From: Waterburya sp.
Lineage (GTDB): Bacteria > Cyanobacteriota > Cyanobacteriia > Cyanobacteriales > Xenococcaceae
Length of the DNA stretch: 64,000 nucleotides
NCBI GenBank assembly: GCA_965217895.1
Contig: CBDCJV010000002.1
Span: 2,624,001-2,688,000 of the forward strand
Direction: 5' to 3'
Positions 49,175 to 60,520 of this stretch are shown piece by piece. The notes beneath the pieces were generated by a model. The model worked only from the letters and a program-made list of their open reading frames with translations, did no database searches and was not told where the DNA came from. Every line of letters begins with the position of its first letter. Position 1 is the first letter of the stretch. The translations under genes and the position numbers were made by a program.

Positions 49175-51880
49175 ATGGATATAATTCTGTGTCATCAAAC
49201 TGTAGATTTTGACGCTTTAGGTTCGGCAATTGGCTTATCTCGGCTCAAATTAGGAGCAAAAATTGTCCTGACTGGAGGCGCACATCCTACGGTGAAAAAC
49301 TTTCTGGCACTATATCGAGATGAATTTGACTTTGCCGAAATGCGAAGTATTAACAGTAAGGCGATCGCTGTTATTTATATTGTCGATACCCAAAAGAGCG
49401 ATCGCCTGGGTGCAGCAGCGGACTGGTTAAACCTGCCTAGCCTTAAGGGAATTGAAGTCTTCGATCATCATCTAGATACTAATTCTGATATTCGGGCAAC
49501 CGAGATTCACACTGAAGCAGTAGGGGCAATTACCACCTACATTACTGAATTATTGCAGGAGCAGAATGTTACTTTAACAACCTTTGAGGCAACGGCGATG
49601 GCGTTAGGAATTCATGTAGACACGGGAAGTTTAACCTTTGAACAAACTACTCCCCGTGATGCTAGAGCGATCGCTTGGCTGATGGAACAGGGCGCAAATG
49701 TGTCTATAATCGCTGAATATAATGAGCCAGGTTTATCTAACGAGCTACAGGATTTATTTAAAGAGGCTCTGAATGATCTAAAGCAAACATCTATGCATGG
49801 ATACACTGTGGCGACCGTACTGTTGCAGACTGACAAGTTTGTCAGCGGTTTGGCTACTTTAACAGCAAGATTAATCGATCTAACAGAAAGCGATGTTTTA
49901 TTGTTGGGTCATCAGTATCAAAGAAGTGATAGTCAAAAACTAGTAGTAATTGGGCGATCGCGTATACCCCAAACCAATCTCAATCAGCTTTTTACACCTT
50001 TTGGTGGTGGCGGTCATGGTCAAGCAGCCTCTATGTCTACCCAAACAGATGAGCCTGAGCAAGTATTTGAGCAATTATTAAACGAGCTACAGCAGCAGAT
50101 TCCCCAGCCGCCAACCGCCAGAGACATTATGTCTTCCCCTGTGCGGACTATTCGCCCTGATGTAACTATTGAACAGGCACAAAGAATCTTGTTTCGCTAT
50201 GGGCATTCAGGACTATCGGTAGTAGATGAAAGGGATAGTTTGGTAGGCATCATATCCCGCCGAGATCTGGATTTAGCCATTCATCACGGTTTCGATCATG
50301 CCCCTGTAAAAGGTTATATGAGCCGTAATCTTAAAACCATTACCCCAGATACCCCACTGCCTGAGATAGAGTCTTTGATGGTGACTTACGACGTGGGTAG
50401 ATTACCTGTATTAGAAAATGCTGAATTGATTGGCATTGTGACTCGTACCGATGTATTACGTCAGCTACACGATCAGCGTTCAGATAATCAAGCAGACCCA
50501 AGCGATCGCAAGAATCTAACTTCTCGTTTATTACCCACCCTGCAAAAACGTTTAGAACCTGCTATTTGGCAACTGCTACAGCAAGTAACCAGCGCAGCAC
50601 AGTCAAGAGGTTGGAATCTTTATTTAGTTGGCGGAGGAGTCAGGGACGTTTTATTAACTAGCGATAGTGAACCCTTGTTGTTACAAGATATTGATTTGGT
50701 AGTTGATGGCTATCATCGATCTGCCGACGATCGCGCTGGGGTAGAATTAGCCCAGACAATTCAGGCTATGTATACTAACGTGAGCGTATCTATACATGGA
50801 GAGTTTCAGACGGCAGCCTTGTCTTGGCATCAAGATCCCGCGTTGGGTAATCTTTTAATTGATATTGCTACTGCCCGCACCGAGTTTTATCCCTATCCCG
50901 CAGCCAACCCCCAGGTAGAAGCTAGCTCTATTCGTCAGGACTTGTATCGCCGAGATTTTACAATTAATGCCTTGGCTGTCAGGCTCACGCCTCCCAAACG
51001 GGGCGAATTTTCTCGTAAAGGCGACTTGTTGGACTTTTTTGGCGGTTTATTAGACTTGCGATCGCGCCAAATCCGCGTCCTTCATGCCAACAGCTTTATT
51101 GAAGATCCTACCCGTATTTATCGCGCTGTCAGGTTTGCGGTGCGTTTGGGTTTTACTATTGAGCCTCAGACGCAAGAGTATATTGAATATGCTCTTAAAA
51201 GTGGTGTCTATGAAAAACTGAGAATTGGCGATCGCCAAGCTCCTGCTTTAACCACCAGACTACGAGCCGAATTAAAATATATTCTGCAAGCTAACTACTG
51301 GAAACCTGCTTTAAAACTGCTGGCTAAGTTAAATGCCTTGAGCTGTTTACATCCAGATTTAAGCTTAACTCCAGCCTTAGAATGGGAAATACACTGCGTT
51401 TCTAAATGGTTATCATACCTAGAATCTCAATCTGTATGCCAACACTGGTTAATTAGGTTAGAAGCTTTGGTTGCTCACTTGCAACTAAATGACAGAATAA
51501 TAGTAGCAAATAATCTTCAGCTACCAAAAGATAGCTTACAACGATTACAGCAGTTGGAAGTATTAGAAACAAAAGTTACTGCTAAATTGAATAATTGCAG
51601 TTCTCCCAGTCAAATATATCAGACATTGCGTTCTTATAAAACTCCAGGATTGATTTTATTTGCTGCTAGAAGTAAGAAGCATATTCGTCGTTTGGTTTGG
51701 CAATATATCGCTGATTTATCCCAGATAAAACCACTATTAAATGGTCAAGACCTCAAGACCTTCGGTTTTAAACCAGGGCCATTATATAAACAAATTTTAG
51801 ATGATGTTTTAGCAGCTACTATTGATGGTAAAATAGGCGATCTCGCTACTGCCAAAGAGTACGTAAAAGCTAAATATTAG
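49175..51880 (+). CDS. DHH-CBS-fused tRNA nucleotidyltransferase, probably A-adding
   Basis: DHH, GGGH, tandem CBS domains, VGGGVRD, DIDL, RRDFTINA, EDPTRI.RA.RF. Confidence 0.92.
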   Translation: MDIILCHQTVDFDALGSAIGLSRLKLGAKIVLTGGAHPTVKNFLALYRDEFDFAEMRSINSKAIAVIYIVDTQKSDRLGAAADWLNLPSLKGIEVFDHHLDTNSDIRATEIHTEAVGAITTYITELLQEQNVTLTTFEATAMALGIHVDTGSLTFEQTTPRDARAIAWLMEQGANVSIIAEYNEPGLSNELQDLFKEALNDLKQTSMHGYTVATVLLQTDKFVSGLATLTARLIDLTESDVLLLGHQYQRSDSQKLVVIGRSRIPQTNLNQLFTPFGGGGHGQAASMSTQTDEPEQVFEQLLNELQQQIPQPPTARDIMSSPVRTIRPDVTIEQAQRILFRYGHSGLSVVDERDSLVGIISRRDLDLAIHHGFDHAPVKGYMSRNLKTITPDTPLPEIESLMVTYDVGRLPVLENAELIGIVTRTDVLRQLHDQRSDNQADPSDRKNLTSRLLPTLQKRLEPAIWQLLQQVTSAAQSRGWNLYLVGGGVRDVLLTSDSEPLLLQDIDLVVDGYHRSADDRAGVELAQTIQAMYTNVSVSIHGEFQTAALSWHQDPALGNLLIDIATARTEFYPYPAANPQVEASSIRQDLYRRDFTINALAVRLTPPKRGEFSRKGDLLDFFGGLLDLRSRQIRVLHANSFIEDPTRIYRAVRFAVRLGFTIEPQTQEYIEYALKSGVYEKLRIGDRQAPALTTRLRAELKYILQANYWKPALKLLAKLNALSCLHPDLSLTPALEWEIHCVSKWLSYLESQSVCQHWLIRLEALVAHLQLNDRIIVANNLQLPKDSLQRLQQLEVLETKVTAKLNNCSSPSQIYQTLRSYKTPGLILFAARSKKHIRRLVWQYIADLSQIKPLLNGQDLKTFGFKPGPLYKQILDDVLAATIDGKIGDLATAKEYVKAKY

Positions 51881-52296
51881 TCAGGATAAATAACAGGATT
51901 ATTGTTTACTTTTAAAACTACATCTTGAAGATCGAAAGCAGTGCTTGTTTTATTAGTTGTACCAAGTTCTACTAAGAACAATTCTTCATAATCATTCAAA
52001 CCATTAAGCATAGTTTGAATCGAGTTTTGGGCATAAACTCCAGGTACATTAGGAACTGTATCTCTAGATCCTAATACTGTTTCGCTAGGTGTAGCCAAGC
52101 CACAGTTGGTAGTGTTATTAATCACGCTATATCTAAAAGTTAAATCTTTGACTGAGTTTACGGGTAATAAAACGCGCTCGTTTACCGTCATAGTTTTAAC
52201 AAGTGCTTGGTTTTGGTAAACATCAACTTTGACATTTAAAAAATCGCCAGCAGCACCACATTGAATTTGTGAGGCGAAGTATAGTAGTTCAATCAT
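51877..52296 (-). CDS. Hypothetical protein
   Basis: Intact 139-aa ORF with a LVELG..DLQDVVL tail; 4-nt convergent overlap. Confidence 0.7.
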   Translation of the reverse strand: MIELLYFASQIQCGAAGDFLNVKVDVYQNQALVKTMTVNERVLLPVNSVKDLTFRYSVINNTTNCGLATPSETVLGSRDTVPNVPGVYAQNSIQTMLNGLNDYEELFLVELGTTNKTSTAFDLQDVVLKVNNNPVIYPD

Positions 52297-52547
52297 AGTT
52301 ATTAAAATTGGTAAGTTTAAATGAGAGTAATTAATCTGTAATCAACAACTATTGCTTGCGCGCTTTTACGATTACTGTTTTGCTAGCTGTATTTGATTAA
52401 CTACAATAATTACCTATCTTTTTTGCTATTAGGTAAATCTATGATTAAGAATTAGTATACTTACGTAAAGTACTAATAAACTTTTGCCTTTTTCACTGCA
52501 ATTAATCGGTTTTTATACCAAATTGAAAAAAGGAAGTGACACATCCT

Positions 52548-52574
52548 GTAAGGGCAATTCTCAAATTGCTCTTA
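52548..52574. repeat. REP-like palindrome
   Basis: GTAAGGGCAATT-CTCA-AATTGCTCTTAC. Confidence 0.55.
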
Positions 52575-52724
52575 CCCAAACATTAATTGAATTGTTATTA
52601 GTTAATCGAACAATTTGTTTTGAGTGAGATTGTTGATCGGGTAGATACAAAAGAGATCGCTCTGAGATAAATCATGGGACAGATGTTTTAAAATATTTTA
52701 TAAAGATTAAATTAACCTAAAATA

Positions 52725-53201
52725 ATGACTTCCACTTCGACAGAATCTACTAACAATAAATCAAAACCAACCTGGAAAATAAAGCTGCTATATGACGGAC
52801 AATGCCCCTTGTGTGTGCGGGAAGTAAACTTTCTAACCAAAAAAGATCGAGGCAGAGGAATTGTCAATTTTGTCGATATTGCCGATCTCAACTACAGTCC
52901 TCAAGACAATGCAGGAATAGACTTTGCCACGGCTATGGGCAGAATCCATGCAATTTTGCCTGATGGCACTGTAATCAAAAATGTTGAAGTATTTCAACGA
53001 GTTTATGAAGAGTTAGGTATTGGCTGGATCTACGCCCTAACCAAATTACCAATTTTAGGTGCGATCGCCAACTGGCTTTATGGTATTTGGGCAGACTGGC
53101 GACTAAAGCTTACAGGTAGACCAAATATTGATGCTGTAATTGCCCAAAGGCAAGAAAAATTAAAATTAAAGTCAAATTCAGACAGATGTAAGATAAATTA
53201 A
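52725..53201 (+). CDS. DCC family thiol-disulfide oxidoreductase
   Basis: LYDGQCPLC, AMGRIHA. Confidence 0.9.
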   Translation: MTSTSTESTNNKSKPTWKIKLLYDGQCPLCVREVNFLTKKDRGRGIVNFVDIADLNYSPQDNAGIDFATAMGRIHAILPDGTVIKNVEVFQRVYEELGIGWIYALTKLPILGAIANWLYGIWADWRLKLTGRPNIDAVIAQRQEKLKLKSNSDRCKIN

Positions 53202-53316
53202 TGATTAATAAACTGGCAATCAGGCAATAATCATTGCTACATAACAAAAACGCTCGAAATAAAGTAGTTCGCGATGCTATTATCAATGTGCCAGTGATTA
53301 TTTTAAGGTAACAATT

Positions 53317-54915
53317 ATGGATCGAGCACCTATATCTCCAGTGGTGCTAGCTATCTTAGATGGTTGGGGTCATCGTGAATCAGCAGAGGCTAACGCTATT
53401 GTCTCTGCCCAGACACCAATATTTGATAGCTTGCAGGCTGCATATCCCCACACGCTAATCAATACATCTGGTAAAGATGTTGGTCTACCTAACGGTCAAA
53501 TGGGTAATTCGGAGGTGGGACATCTAAATTTGGGTGCAGGAAGAGTTGTTCCTCAAGAATTGGTTAGAATATCTGATGCCGTTGAAGATGGTTCAATCTT
53601 AGAAAATCAAGAATTAATTGCTGCCTGTACCAAAGCCAAGGCTGCGGGTGGAAAATTACATCTAATTGGTCTTTGCTCTGAAGGTGGAGTTCATTCCCAT
53701 CTTAAACATATTTTAGGGTTACTGAAATTAGCCAAGTCTAATAATGTCAAAGATGTCTGTATTCATGCTATTACCGACGGTAGAGATACCTACACTACCG
53801 AGGGAATCAAGGCACTAAGCAATATTCAAGACTTTATTAATCAGGTTGGCATCGGGCGCATAGTTACTATTAGTGGTCGTTATTTTGCCATGGATCGCGA
53901 TCGCCGTTGGGATCGGGTTCAGCAAGCTTACGAAATTATGACTGGGGACAACATTACCGATAATCGCTCTGTGTCCAAGATTTTAGAAAGTTTTTATGCC
54001 CAAGAAATTACCGATGAGTTTATTACACCTACTAGAATAGCCTCAGGCGCAGTTGAACCTGGGGATTCGGTAATCTTCTATAATTTTCGCCCAGACAGGG
54101 CAAGACAGCTAACCTATGCCTTTGTAAATGAGACTTTTGATGGCTTTACTAGAGAAAAAATAGACTCTTTATATTTTGTTACTTTTACTCAGTACGACGC
54201 TAATGCTCCTGTAGAAGTGGCTTTTAAGCCTCAAAACCTGACTAATATTTTAGGTGAAGTAATTGCCGATCATGGTTTACGTCAGTTTCGCACCTCAGAA
54301 ACCGAAAAATATCCCCACGTTACTTATTTCTTTAATGGCGGTTTAGAACAGCCTCTAGAAGGAGAAGACAGGGAGATGATTCAAAGCCCTATGGTTGCCA
54401 CCTATGACCGTGCGCCAGAGATGTCGGCAGTAGCAGTAACGGATGCAGTTTGTAACGCAGTCAAAAAACAGATTTACTCTTTAATTGTGGTCAACTATGC
54501 TAACCCAGATATGGTAGGACATACGGGTAACTTAGAAGCAGCAATTAAGGCGATCGAAACGGTAGATAAATGTTTGGGAAAATTAATTGAGACTGTTAAT
54601 CAAGCTGGTGGAACTCTCTTGATTACTGCCGATCACGGTAATGCTGAATATATGAAAGATCAGGCTGGTAATCCTTGGACGGCACATACCACCAATCCTG
54701 TTCCCTTTATCTTAGTTGAAGGCGAAGCCAGAAAAATAGTGGGACATGGGACTGAGGTACCGCTGAGAGAGGGTGGATGCCTAGCAGATGTTGCACCAAC
54801 CATCTTAGAAATATTGCAGCTAACTCAACCAGCAGAAATGACTGGCAGATCTTTGATTGAGTCAGCAGTTTACGAAGCTAGAAAAGAGCGCACTCCCATT
54901 CAAATATCAATGTGA
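53317..54915 (+). CDS. gpmI: 2,3-BPG-independent phosphoglycerate mutase
   Basis: ILDGWG, MGNSEVGH, DGRD, GRYFAMDRD, DMVGHTG, TADHGN. Confidence 0.97.
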   Translation: MDRAPISPVVLAILDGWGHRESAEANAIVSAQTPIFDSLQAAYPHTLINTSGKDVGLPNGQMGNSEVGHLNLGAGRVVPQELVRISDAVEDGSILENQELIAACTKAKAAGGKLHLIGLCSEGGVHSHLKHILGLLKLAKSNNVKDVCIHAITDGRDTYTTEGIKALSNIQDFINQVGIGRIVTISGRYFAMDRDRRWDRVQQAYEIMTGDNITDNRSVSKILESFYAQEITDEFITPTRIASGAVEPGDSVIFYNFRPDRARQLTYAFVNETFDGFTREKIDSLYFVTFTQYDANAPVEVAFKPQNLTNILGEVIADHGLRQFRTSETEKYPHVTYFFNGGLEQPLEGEDREMIQSPMVATYDRAPEMSAVAVTDAVCNAVKKQIYSLIVVNYANPDMVGHTGNLEAAIKAIETVDKCLGKLIETVNQAGGTLLITADHGNAEYMKDQAGNPWTAHTTNPVPFILVEGEARKIVGHGTEVPLREGGCLADVAPTILEILQLTQPAEMTGRSLIESAVYEARKERTPIQISM

Positions 54916-55032
54916 TTAAAGCTATAAGCTACTCTCATAAATTGTGCTTAAGAAATCTAGTTGAATATAGCTCTGTTGGCAGCTTACAATGAGAATCTAC
55001 CAGCCTTAGATAAAAAATAAAAACTTAAATTA

Positions 55033-55263
55033 ATGAGTACTTATAAAATAGTTCAGATTATTTGGGCAGCTTGTGCCTTTCTAACAATTGTCTTAATTTT
55101 GTTGCACAGTCCAAAAGGAGATGGTTTAGGGGGAATTGGTGGACAATCTCAAATGTTTACCAGTACCAAAAGTGCTGAAAATGCTTTAAATCGTATTACC
55201 TGGGGTTTGGGTATTGCTTTTATAGCTTTAACTGTTGTCTTAAGCGCAGGTTGGTTAGGATAG
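55033..55263 (+). CDS. secG: Preprotein translocase subunit SecG
   Basis: LLHSPKGDGLGGIGG..F.S.KSAE..LNRITW. Confidence 0.95.
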   Translation: MSTYKIVQIIWAACAFLTIVLILLHSPKGDGLGGIGGQSQMFTSTKSAENALNRITWGLGIAFIALTVVLSAGWLG

Positions 55264-55285
55264 TATCTTCGGGGAATAAAAGTTG

Positions 55286-56044
55286 ATGAATCATTGGCGA
55301 TCGCCTTTACCCAAGCTTAGCGTTTTAGCGATCGCTACTTTTGTTACTTTGATTTTTAGCATTCGCTGGCTCGATTCTCAAATCTCTTTCTCGGCTGATT
55401 TACCCCCTGCTGAAGTCCATTCTCTGCCTAAATCTTTAGCTAATTGGCAGGATCGAGCAAAAAGCGGTGACTATTTTCGCCAGATTAAGTCAACTCCCTT
55501 GGGCTATTTAGTTTGGTCTAAGTTTCCCGTTACGGTCTTTGTCGATAAGCCTCTTAAGGCAAATATCGCCAATACCGCAGCCGATCGGCGTTTTCAACAG
55601 TGGGTGATAGCGGTGCGTAAAGCGATCGCCGAGTGGAATGTCTATTTACCTTTAAAAGAAATAGCCGACTCAGAAAAAGCCGATATAGTTATCTGGCGAT
55701 CGCAACCAGACAGAGAAGCCAAATTAAATCCTGATACAGGACTTTTTGATATTCCCAGAGCAGTTACAGCCGAAACCAACTACAAATTTTATTTAAGACA
55801 AAAGCCTCGGTTTATCGATCATAAAATGATTATAGAGATCAGTCCTAGCTATACAGGGTTAGGTTTTTTAGCTACCGCACGCCATGAATTAGGTCATGCT
55901 TTAGGAATTTGGGGACATAGTTCAAATGAAAATGATGCGCTGTATTTTTCGCAAGTTAGCTATCCTCCTGCAATTTCTTCCAGAGATATTAATACCCTCA
56001 AAAAAATTTATCAGCAGCCAACCAAATTAGGTTGGAAAATTTAG
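55286..56044 (+). CDS. Matrixin-like (M10) zinc metallopeptidase
   Basis: HELGHALGIWGHS; RDINTL..IY. Confidence 0.88.
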   Translation: MNHWRSPLPKLSVLAIATFVTLIFSIRWLDSQISFSADLPPAEVHSLPKSLANWQDRAKSGDYFRQIKSTPLGYLVWSKFPVTVFVDKPLKANIANTAADRRFQQWVIAVRKAIAEWNVYLPLKEIADSEKADIVIWRSQPDREAKLNPDTGLFDIPRAVTAETNYKFYLRQKPRFIDHKMIIEISPSYTGLGFLATARHELGHALGIWGHSSNENDALYFSQVSYPPAISSRDINTLKKIYQQPTKLGWKI

Positions 56045-56160
56045 CTATTAAACGCTCAATAAACTAAAAAGGCGTTGCTAAATCGGAGGCTGACAGCTAA
56101 TAGCCAAAAACCAGTTAATCAACAACGTAGTCTATCAAGCATGAAAACTGCTGTAAGAGG

Positions 56161-57846
56161 CTAAACTTTGTCATTGCTCACCTTAACGCGATCGCCATCT
56201 TGAAGATAAGCTGCACCCTCGATTACAATGCGATCGCCTGGCTGTAAACCTTCAATCACCTCTACTTTTTCACCAGAAAGAATCTCTCCCATTTTGACTG
56301 TCTGAGCTTTAACAGTATTATCAGACTGTAAGACAAAGGCAATTGCTTGGTTATCAGACTGGGGTAACAATGCCTCAATGGGGACAGCTTGCCCCCTACT
56401 CGTATTAGTGCTAATTGCTGCATTAAGAAACATTCCTGGCCTAAGATTTGTCCCGCTAGGCAAATCTACCTCTACAGTTGCCTGACGAGAGCTATCATCG
56501 ATTAAGGGATCGATTTCTCTTACTTTTCCAGTTAGGTCTAAATCTTGATTGGCATTGGAGCTGATCTGTACCAGTTGTCCTGGCTCGATTTTGCCAATTA
56601 AAGTTTCAGGTATTTGCAGCTTTAACTCCAAGCGTCCATTTTCAATGATGGAAAACAGCATCTGGGAAGCGGAAGTAATTTGTCCGACTTGGGCATCTCT
56701 AGAGGCAACAATACCGCTACTTGGAGCAACAACAGTAGTGTCTGCTAGCTGGGCTTCAATCCCCTCTAACCGTCCTTTTGCTTGGACTAGTTCAGCTTGT
56801 GCCTGAGCGATAGTTTGAGGGCGAGAACCAGCCTTTAACTGTGCTAGTGCCTGTTGTGCCTCCTGAAAATTAGCTTTAGCTCCAGCTAAATCTGATTTCG
56901 TAACCTGTTCTTGATTGAGAACTTGGTCAAAACTATCGCGAGTAATTGCTCCCTCTGACTGAAGATTTCGATTACGCTCAACTCTTGTCTGGACTAATTT
57001 TAGATCGGATTCAGCTTTGGCGATCGCCGATCTGGCATTATCTACCTTAGCTTGTGCTTGAGCTATTTCTTCGGTGCGTGTTCCTGCCTGTAACTCATCT
57101 AACCGAGCTTGAGCTTGGGCGAGCGAACCTTCTGCTTCTGCTTTCTGTGCCAAAATACTTCGATTATCAAGCTTAGCTAAGACCTGTCCTTGTTTAACGA
57201 CATCTCCCTTCTCTGCCAAAATTTCAACAATTTGTAAACCCTCTGCTTGGGACATGACGGGGGTTTTTTCATAAGCTGTTACCGTACCTGAGGCATTTAG
57301 ACGATTATCAATATCTGTAGTTGTAACTTTGGTTACAGTTACTGCTTGAGCAGGCGTAATAGATTTGGTGACATTAGCGGTTGGCTTTGAGTTATTAGAA
57401 GCAGTAGGAGCTAGAAATAGACGGGTTGCTCCTAGGGTCAACAACACTCCCAAACCAATTCCCAAAAATAAACCCTTTTTGCCCAGGAAAAAAGAATTAG
57501 AAGTAGAGTTACTAACTGTTGATAGGTTCGCAGAAAGATCGGTATTTACTTTAGCTATTTGTTGAGATTCAACTACATTTATTTTATTTAACGGAGTTGG
57601 TTTCGGTTTTTTTGTACTATCGGTGTAGTCTAAGAGACAAAATTCGCCGTCAATTTCCGTGATGTATATTGCTTTTTGCAGAGCAGTATCTGGTTTAACA
57701 GAGAAATTAGTTAGTTCAACAAAATCCTCCTCTAGAAACGCTTTATTAAGAGTAAGACTATCAAGACTGTCAAACAATTCGTCCGTTATAGGAGCATTTA
57801 TAGCAGTCGTAAATTCTTGACTATAGTTATTAGATTTCTGCTTCAC
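56161..57846 (-). CDS. RND efflux periplasmic adaptor with an N-terminal extension
   Basis: TM helix, GDVVKQGQVLA, long coiled coil, APSSGIV, LRPGMF. Confidence 0.9.
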   Translation of the reverse strand: MKQKSNNYSQEFTTAINAPITDELFDSLDSLTLNKAFLEEDFVELTNFSVKPDTALQKAIYITEIDGEFCLLDYTDSTKKPKPTPLNKINVVESQQIAKVNTDLSANLSTVSNSTSNSFFLGKKGLFLGIGLGVLLTLGATRLFLAPTASNNSKPTANVTKSITPAQAVTVTKVTTTDIDNRLNASGTVTAYEKTPVMSQAEGLQIVEILAEKGDVVKQGQVLAKLDNRSILAQKAEAEGSLAQAQARLDELQAGTRTEEIAQAQAKVDNARSAIAKAESDLKLVQTRVERNRNLQSEGAITRDSFDQVLNQEQVTKSDLAGAKANFQEAQQALAQLKAGSRPQTIAQAQAELVQAKGRLEGIEAQLADTTVVAPSSGIVASRDAQVGQITSASQMLFSIIENGRLELKLQIPETLIGKIEPGQLVQISSNANQDLDLTGKVREIDPLIDDSSRQATVEVDLPSGTNLRPGMFLNAAISTNTSRGQAVPIEALLPQSDNQAIAFVLQSDNTVKAQTVKMGEILSGEKVEVIEGLQPGDRIVIEGAAYLQDGDRVKVSNDKV

Positions 57847-58101
57847 AATTTTTAAAAAAGTATATTTAAATTAACTAATACAATTATTTTGAGAACTGAA
57901 AATTTTTATTAAATAAAGGTTGAGCGATAGCATTTAAAAAATAGTCGGTGTTAATCTAAATAATATGGATAGGGCTTATTGCCCTGCTAAAAACAAGCGA
58001 GGATTTAAGAGACAATTTTTTTCTCCTGATTCTCGAGCGACATAAAATTTTTTCGTTGGCTCCACTGGGAGTTTTTCTTGCAGATCATAGGAGTCGAAAC
58101 T

Positions 58102-58386
58102 ATGGATTTCCCACTTAACTGTACAAGTACAAATCTCGAACAGGCTGCTTTAAATAAGTTTCGTTTTTTAGCATCTTTTTTACCCAAGGATAGCAAAATT
58201 TTTCGCGAGCCTTGGGGTCGCTCCACAGTCTTGTGTATTGATTTTGCAAATTGCCCTCATTTATCTAGTTTAGACGAAGAACAAGCCCATTTACTAACTA
58301 AGGCGATCGCTCAACTGGGTTTGGCTAATTCGGTTATTTTTCGTATTGGTAGTAAGATTGTGGGCTGGAAAAACATCAAGGGATAA
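58102..58386 (+). CDS. Hypothetical protein
   Basis: IFREPWGRSTVLC.DF..CP; AGGAG RBS before the ATG at 58102. Confidence 0.75.
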   Translation: MDFPLNCTSTNLEQAALNKFRFLASFLPKDSKIFREPWGRSTVLCIDFANCPHLSSLDEEQAHLLTKAIAQLGLANSVIFRIGSKIVGWKNIKG

Positions 58387-58390
58387 GACT

Positions 58391-58658
58391 AAACCGCATC
58401 CAGTTTGAAGTGCGGAAATGCTTGGGTTTCCCAAGCTAGCTGCGGCTAATCCCTTGCTTCCACGCACTTGTTGAAACCAGGAGTTTTTAAGTTAACTGTT
58501 CGTAAGTAGCAATTAGCAAGTAGAAAGTAGAAATTGTATCCTGCTGTTTGACCAACGGTCACAGCAGGCTCCGTCCGTTTAGGGCGGAGTAATCTGTGAC
58601 TAGCTCAATCTCCGATTCAAAAAATACGGTTTTCTATTTTTCTATGTAGACGGGGTTT
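58391..58658. mobile_element. MITE, about 268 bp, TA-flanked
   Basis: Ends AAACCGCATCCAGTTTGA and TTTTCTATGTAGACGGGGTTT; internal hairpins and heptamers. Confidence 0.75.
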
Positions 58659-58716
58659 ATAAGTATTTTTGGCATTGCTAATTTAAATCATGATAATGAT
58701 AGCGTTTTAGTAAACT

Positions 58717-59469
58717 TTAGTTATCTTCAAAAACCTGGTTTATAGCTGGTAAAGGCTTGTTATCGTCTTGTTCTAATGTCTTAGTTTCCTGCTGCTCAAC
58801 TTCTCTTGATTCCTCAATGTCTTTTTCTGACCGATCGTTTAGCGGATTTTTGAGGCGATCGCTCAATCTTCTCAGCACACCATTAATAAATCTAAATCCT
58901 TCTTCATCAGAATAGCGTTTAGCCAATTCTACTGACTCGTTGATAGCAACCTTTTCAGGAATTTCTAAATAAATTATTTCAGCTACAGCAATTCGCAAAA
59001 TATCTCGGTCAATTCTTGGTAAACGACTCAATTGCCAAGCTACCAGGACGTTTTCTATAGACTGCTCAATTTCATGACGATTATCATTAACCACCGTAAT
59101 TAACTCAATGGCATACTCCCTAACCTGTCCTTGATTAGTAAGCTGCAAAAATTCAGGAAACTCAACTGCCATTCCCAAACGATTGACTGCGGTTTGCGAG
59201 ACTTCTAAAGCCTCTTGAATCATAACCCTCGCACCATCTAAATCACTGGCGCGGGTTTCACTGTTAAGCAGACGATCTTCACCTCGTTTTAGTTCTGCTG
59301 AGGCAGCCTCAAGATTATCTTGAACTTCCATAGTCAAGGTGCGAATGGCAGCTAAAATTAAATAGTCTAAATCTTCTTCTGTAAGTTTGTTTTTTTTGCT
59401 TTTAACCTGACTGATGCTCAACAATGCCAATTCGCGAGCAATACTTCGGGGTTGTTTGCGGAGAGCCAT
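58717..59469 (-). CDS. nusB: Transcription antitermination factor NusB
   Basis: [40 protein letters not shown]. Confidence 0.95.
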   Translation of the reverse strand: MALRKQPRSIARELALLSISQVKSKKNKLTEEDLDYLILAAIRTLTMEVQDNLEAASAELKRGEDRLLNSETRASDLDGARVMIQEALEVSQTAVNRLGMAVEFPEFLQLTNQGQVREYAIELITVVNDNRHEIEQSIENVLVAWQLSRLPRIDRDILRIAVAEIIYLEIPEKVAINESVELAKRYSDEEGFRFINGVLRRLSDRLKNPLNDRSEKDIEESREVEQQETKTLEQDDNKPLPAINQVFEDN

Positions 59470-59518
59470 ATTCTATCTAATGTGGATTACCAATGTTTCG
59501 ATACGCAGCTAATATGTT

Positions 59519-59740
59519 GCCAGGGTTTCCCCGTTGCGAGACACCCTCAGCAGTCGCTCATGGGGGGAACCCCCGCCGCAAGCGTGGAATAAGCTGCTTG
59601 CGAAGCAGCATTTCCGCTTGCAAAGACCGCGCTGCTTCGCAAAACCGTTGCGGGTCTGTGACCCGTTGAGGTACCTGCGGGGAGTACCCCTTGGTTGTCG
59701 AGGGCGAGCAACTTTCGTAAGAACTGTCGAAGGTGCTACT
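59519..59740. repeat. Nested GC-rich small dispersed repeats
   Basis: GCAGTCGCTCATGGGGGGAACCCC...AAGACCGCGCTGC interrupted by a palindromic unit, itself holding GCTGCTTGCGAAGCAGC. Confidence 0.65.
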
Positions 59741-59782
59741 TAAGCATAGCGGTACTAGCAATAATATCTAGCTTAGTATTCT

Positions 59783-60520
59783 TTAACCATCTTCTTCCAC
59801 AGAAATTAATGCCGCTCTCTCAGTTGCAAAACTATTTTTTACAGGTATTTCTTGGTGTGCATCAGGAGTAGACGTGGAAGTTTTTGGGGCTGGAGTTTCA
59901 GGACTAACAATTCCACCCGATATAAGCACTTTAAAAGCGTCTTCAATCGAGATGTCAATATCGATCGCTTCCTTTTTGGGAACTATGGCATACCATCCCG
60001 AAGTTGGATTGGGGGTAGTAGGAATAAAGACGCTAATCATCTCCTCTACTAAATGAGTTTGCAGGGCAGAACTAACTTTTCCTGTGACAAAGCCAATTGT
60101 CCAGACTCCTTTGCGGGGATATTCCACCATCACTACTCGTCTAAATTTAGTTTTAGAATCTCCTAAAAGCGTTTCTAAAATCTGCTTAAGAGTTTTATAT
60201 ACTGAACCTGCTAAGGGGATAGCCTGAAGAAACTGTTCGCCAAAATCTAGTAGCCAGCGACCTACTATATTTCTTGCCATCAAGCCAATAATGAGAATAG
60301 TCAGCAATGGCACTGCCAAGCCGACAATAAAATTGAGAAAATTGGTCAAAATAGGGTCTAATCCATCAAAGGGATTGATCTGTTTGGGTATACGGGTAAA
60401 CAGGTCGATCGCCCATTTTGCCAAAGAAACAGACAGCCAGATAGTTGTAGCTAAAGGAATTACTACTAATAATCCAGCAATTAAATCGCTTTTTAGATCT
60501 TGCTTTAAACGTTGCAGCAC
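59783..60520 (-). CDS. DUF502 family membrane protein
   Basis: IP.AGSVY, VEYPRKG, FIPTTPNPTSG. Confidence 0.92.
   Translation of the reverse strand: MLQRLKQDLKSDLIAGLLVVIPLATTIWLSVSLAKWAIDLFTRIPKQINPFDGLDPILTNFLNFIVGLAVPLLTILIIGLMARNIVGRWLLDFGEQFLQAIPLAGSVYKTLKQILETLLGDSKTKFRRVVMVEYPRKGVWTIGFVTGKVSSALQTHLVEEMISVFIPTTPNPTSGWYAIVPKKEAIDIDISIEDAFKVLISGGIVSPETPAPKTSTSTPDAHQEIPVKNSFATERAALISVEEDG

Noticed and set aside
59534..59761. Two short ORFs on opposite strands
   Set aside because: By-products of GC-rich nested repeats.
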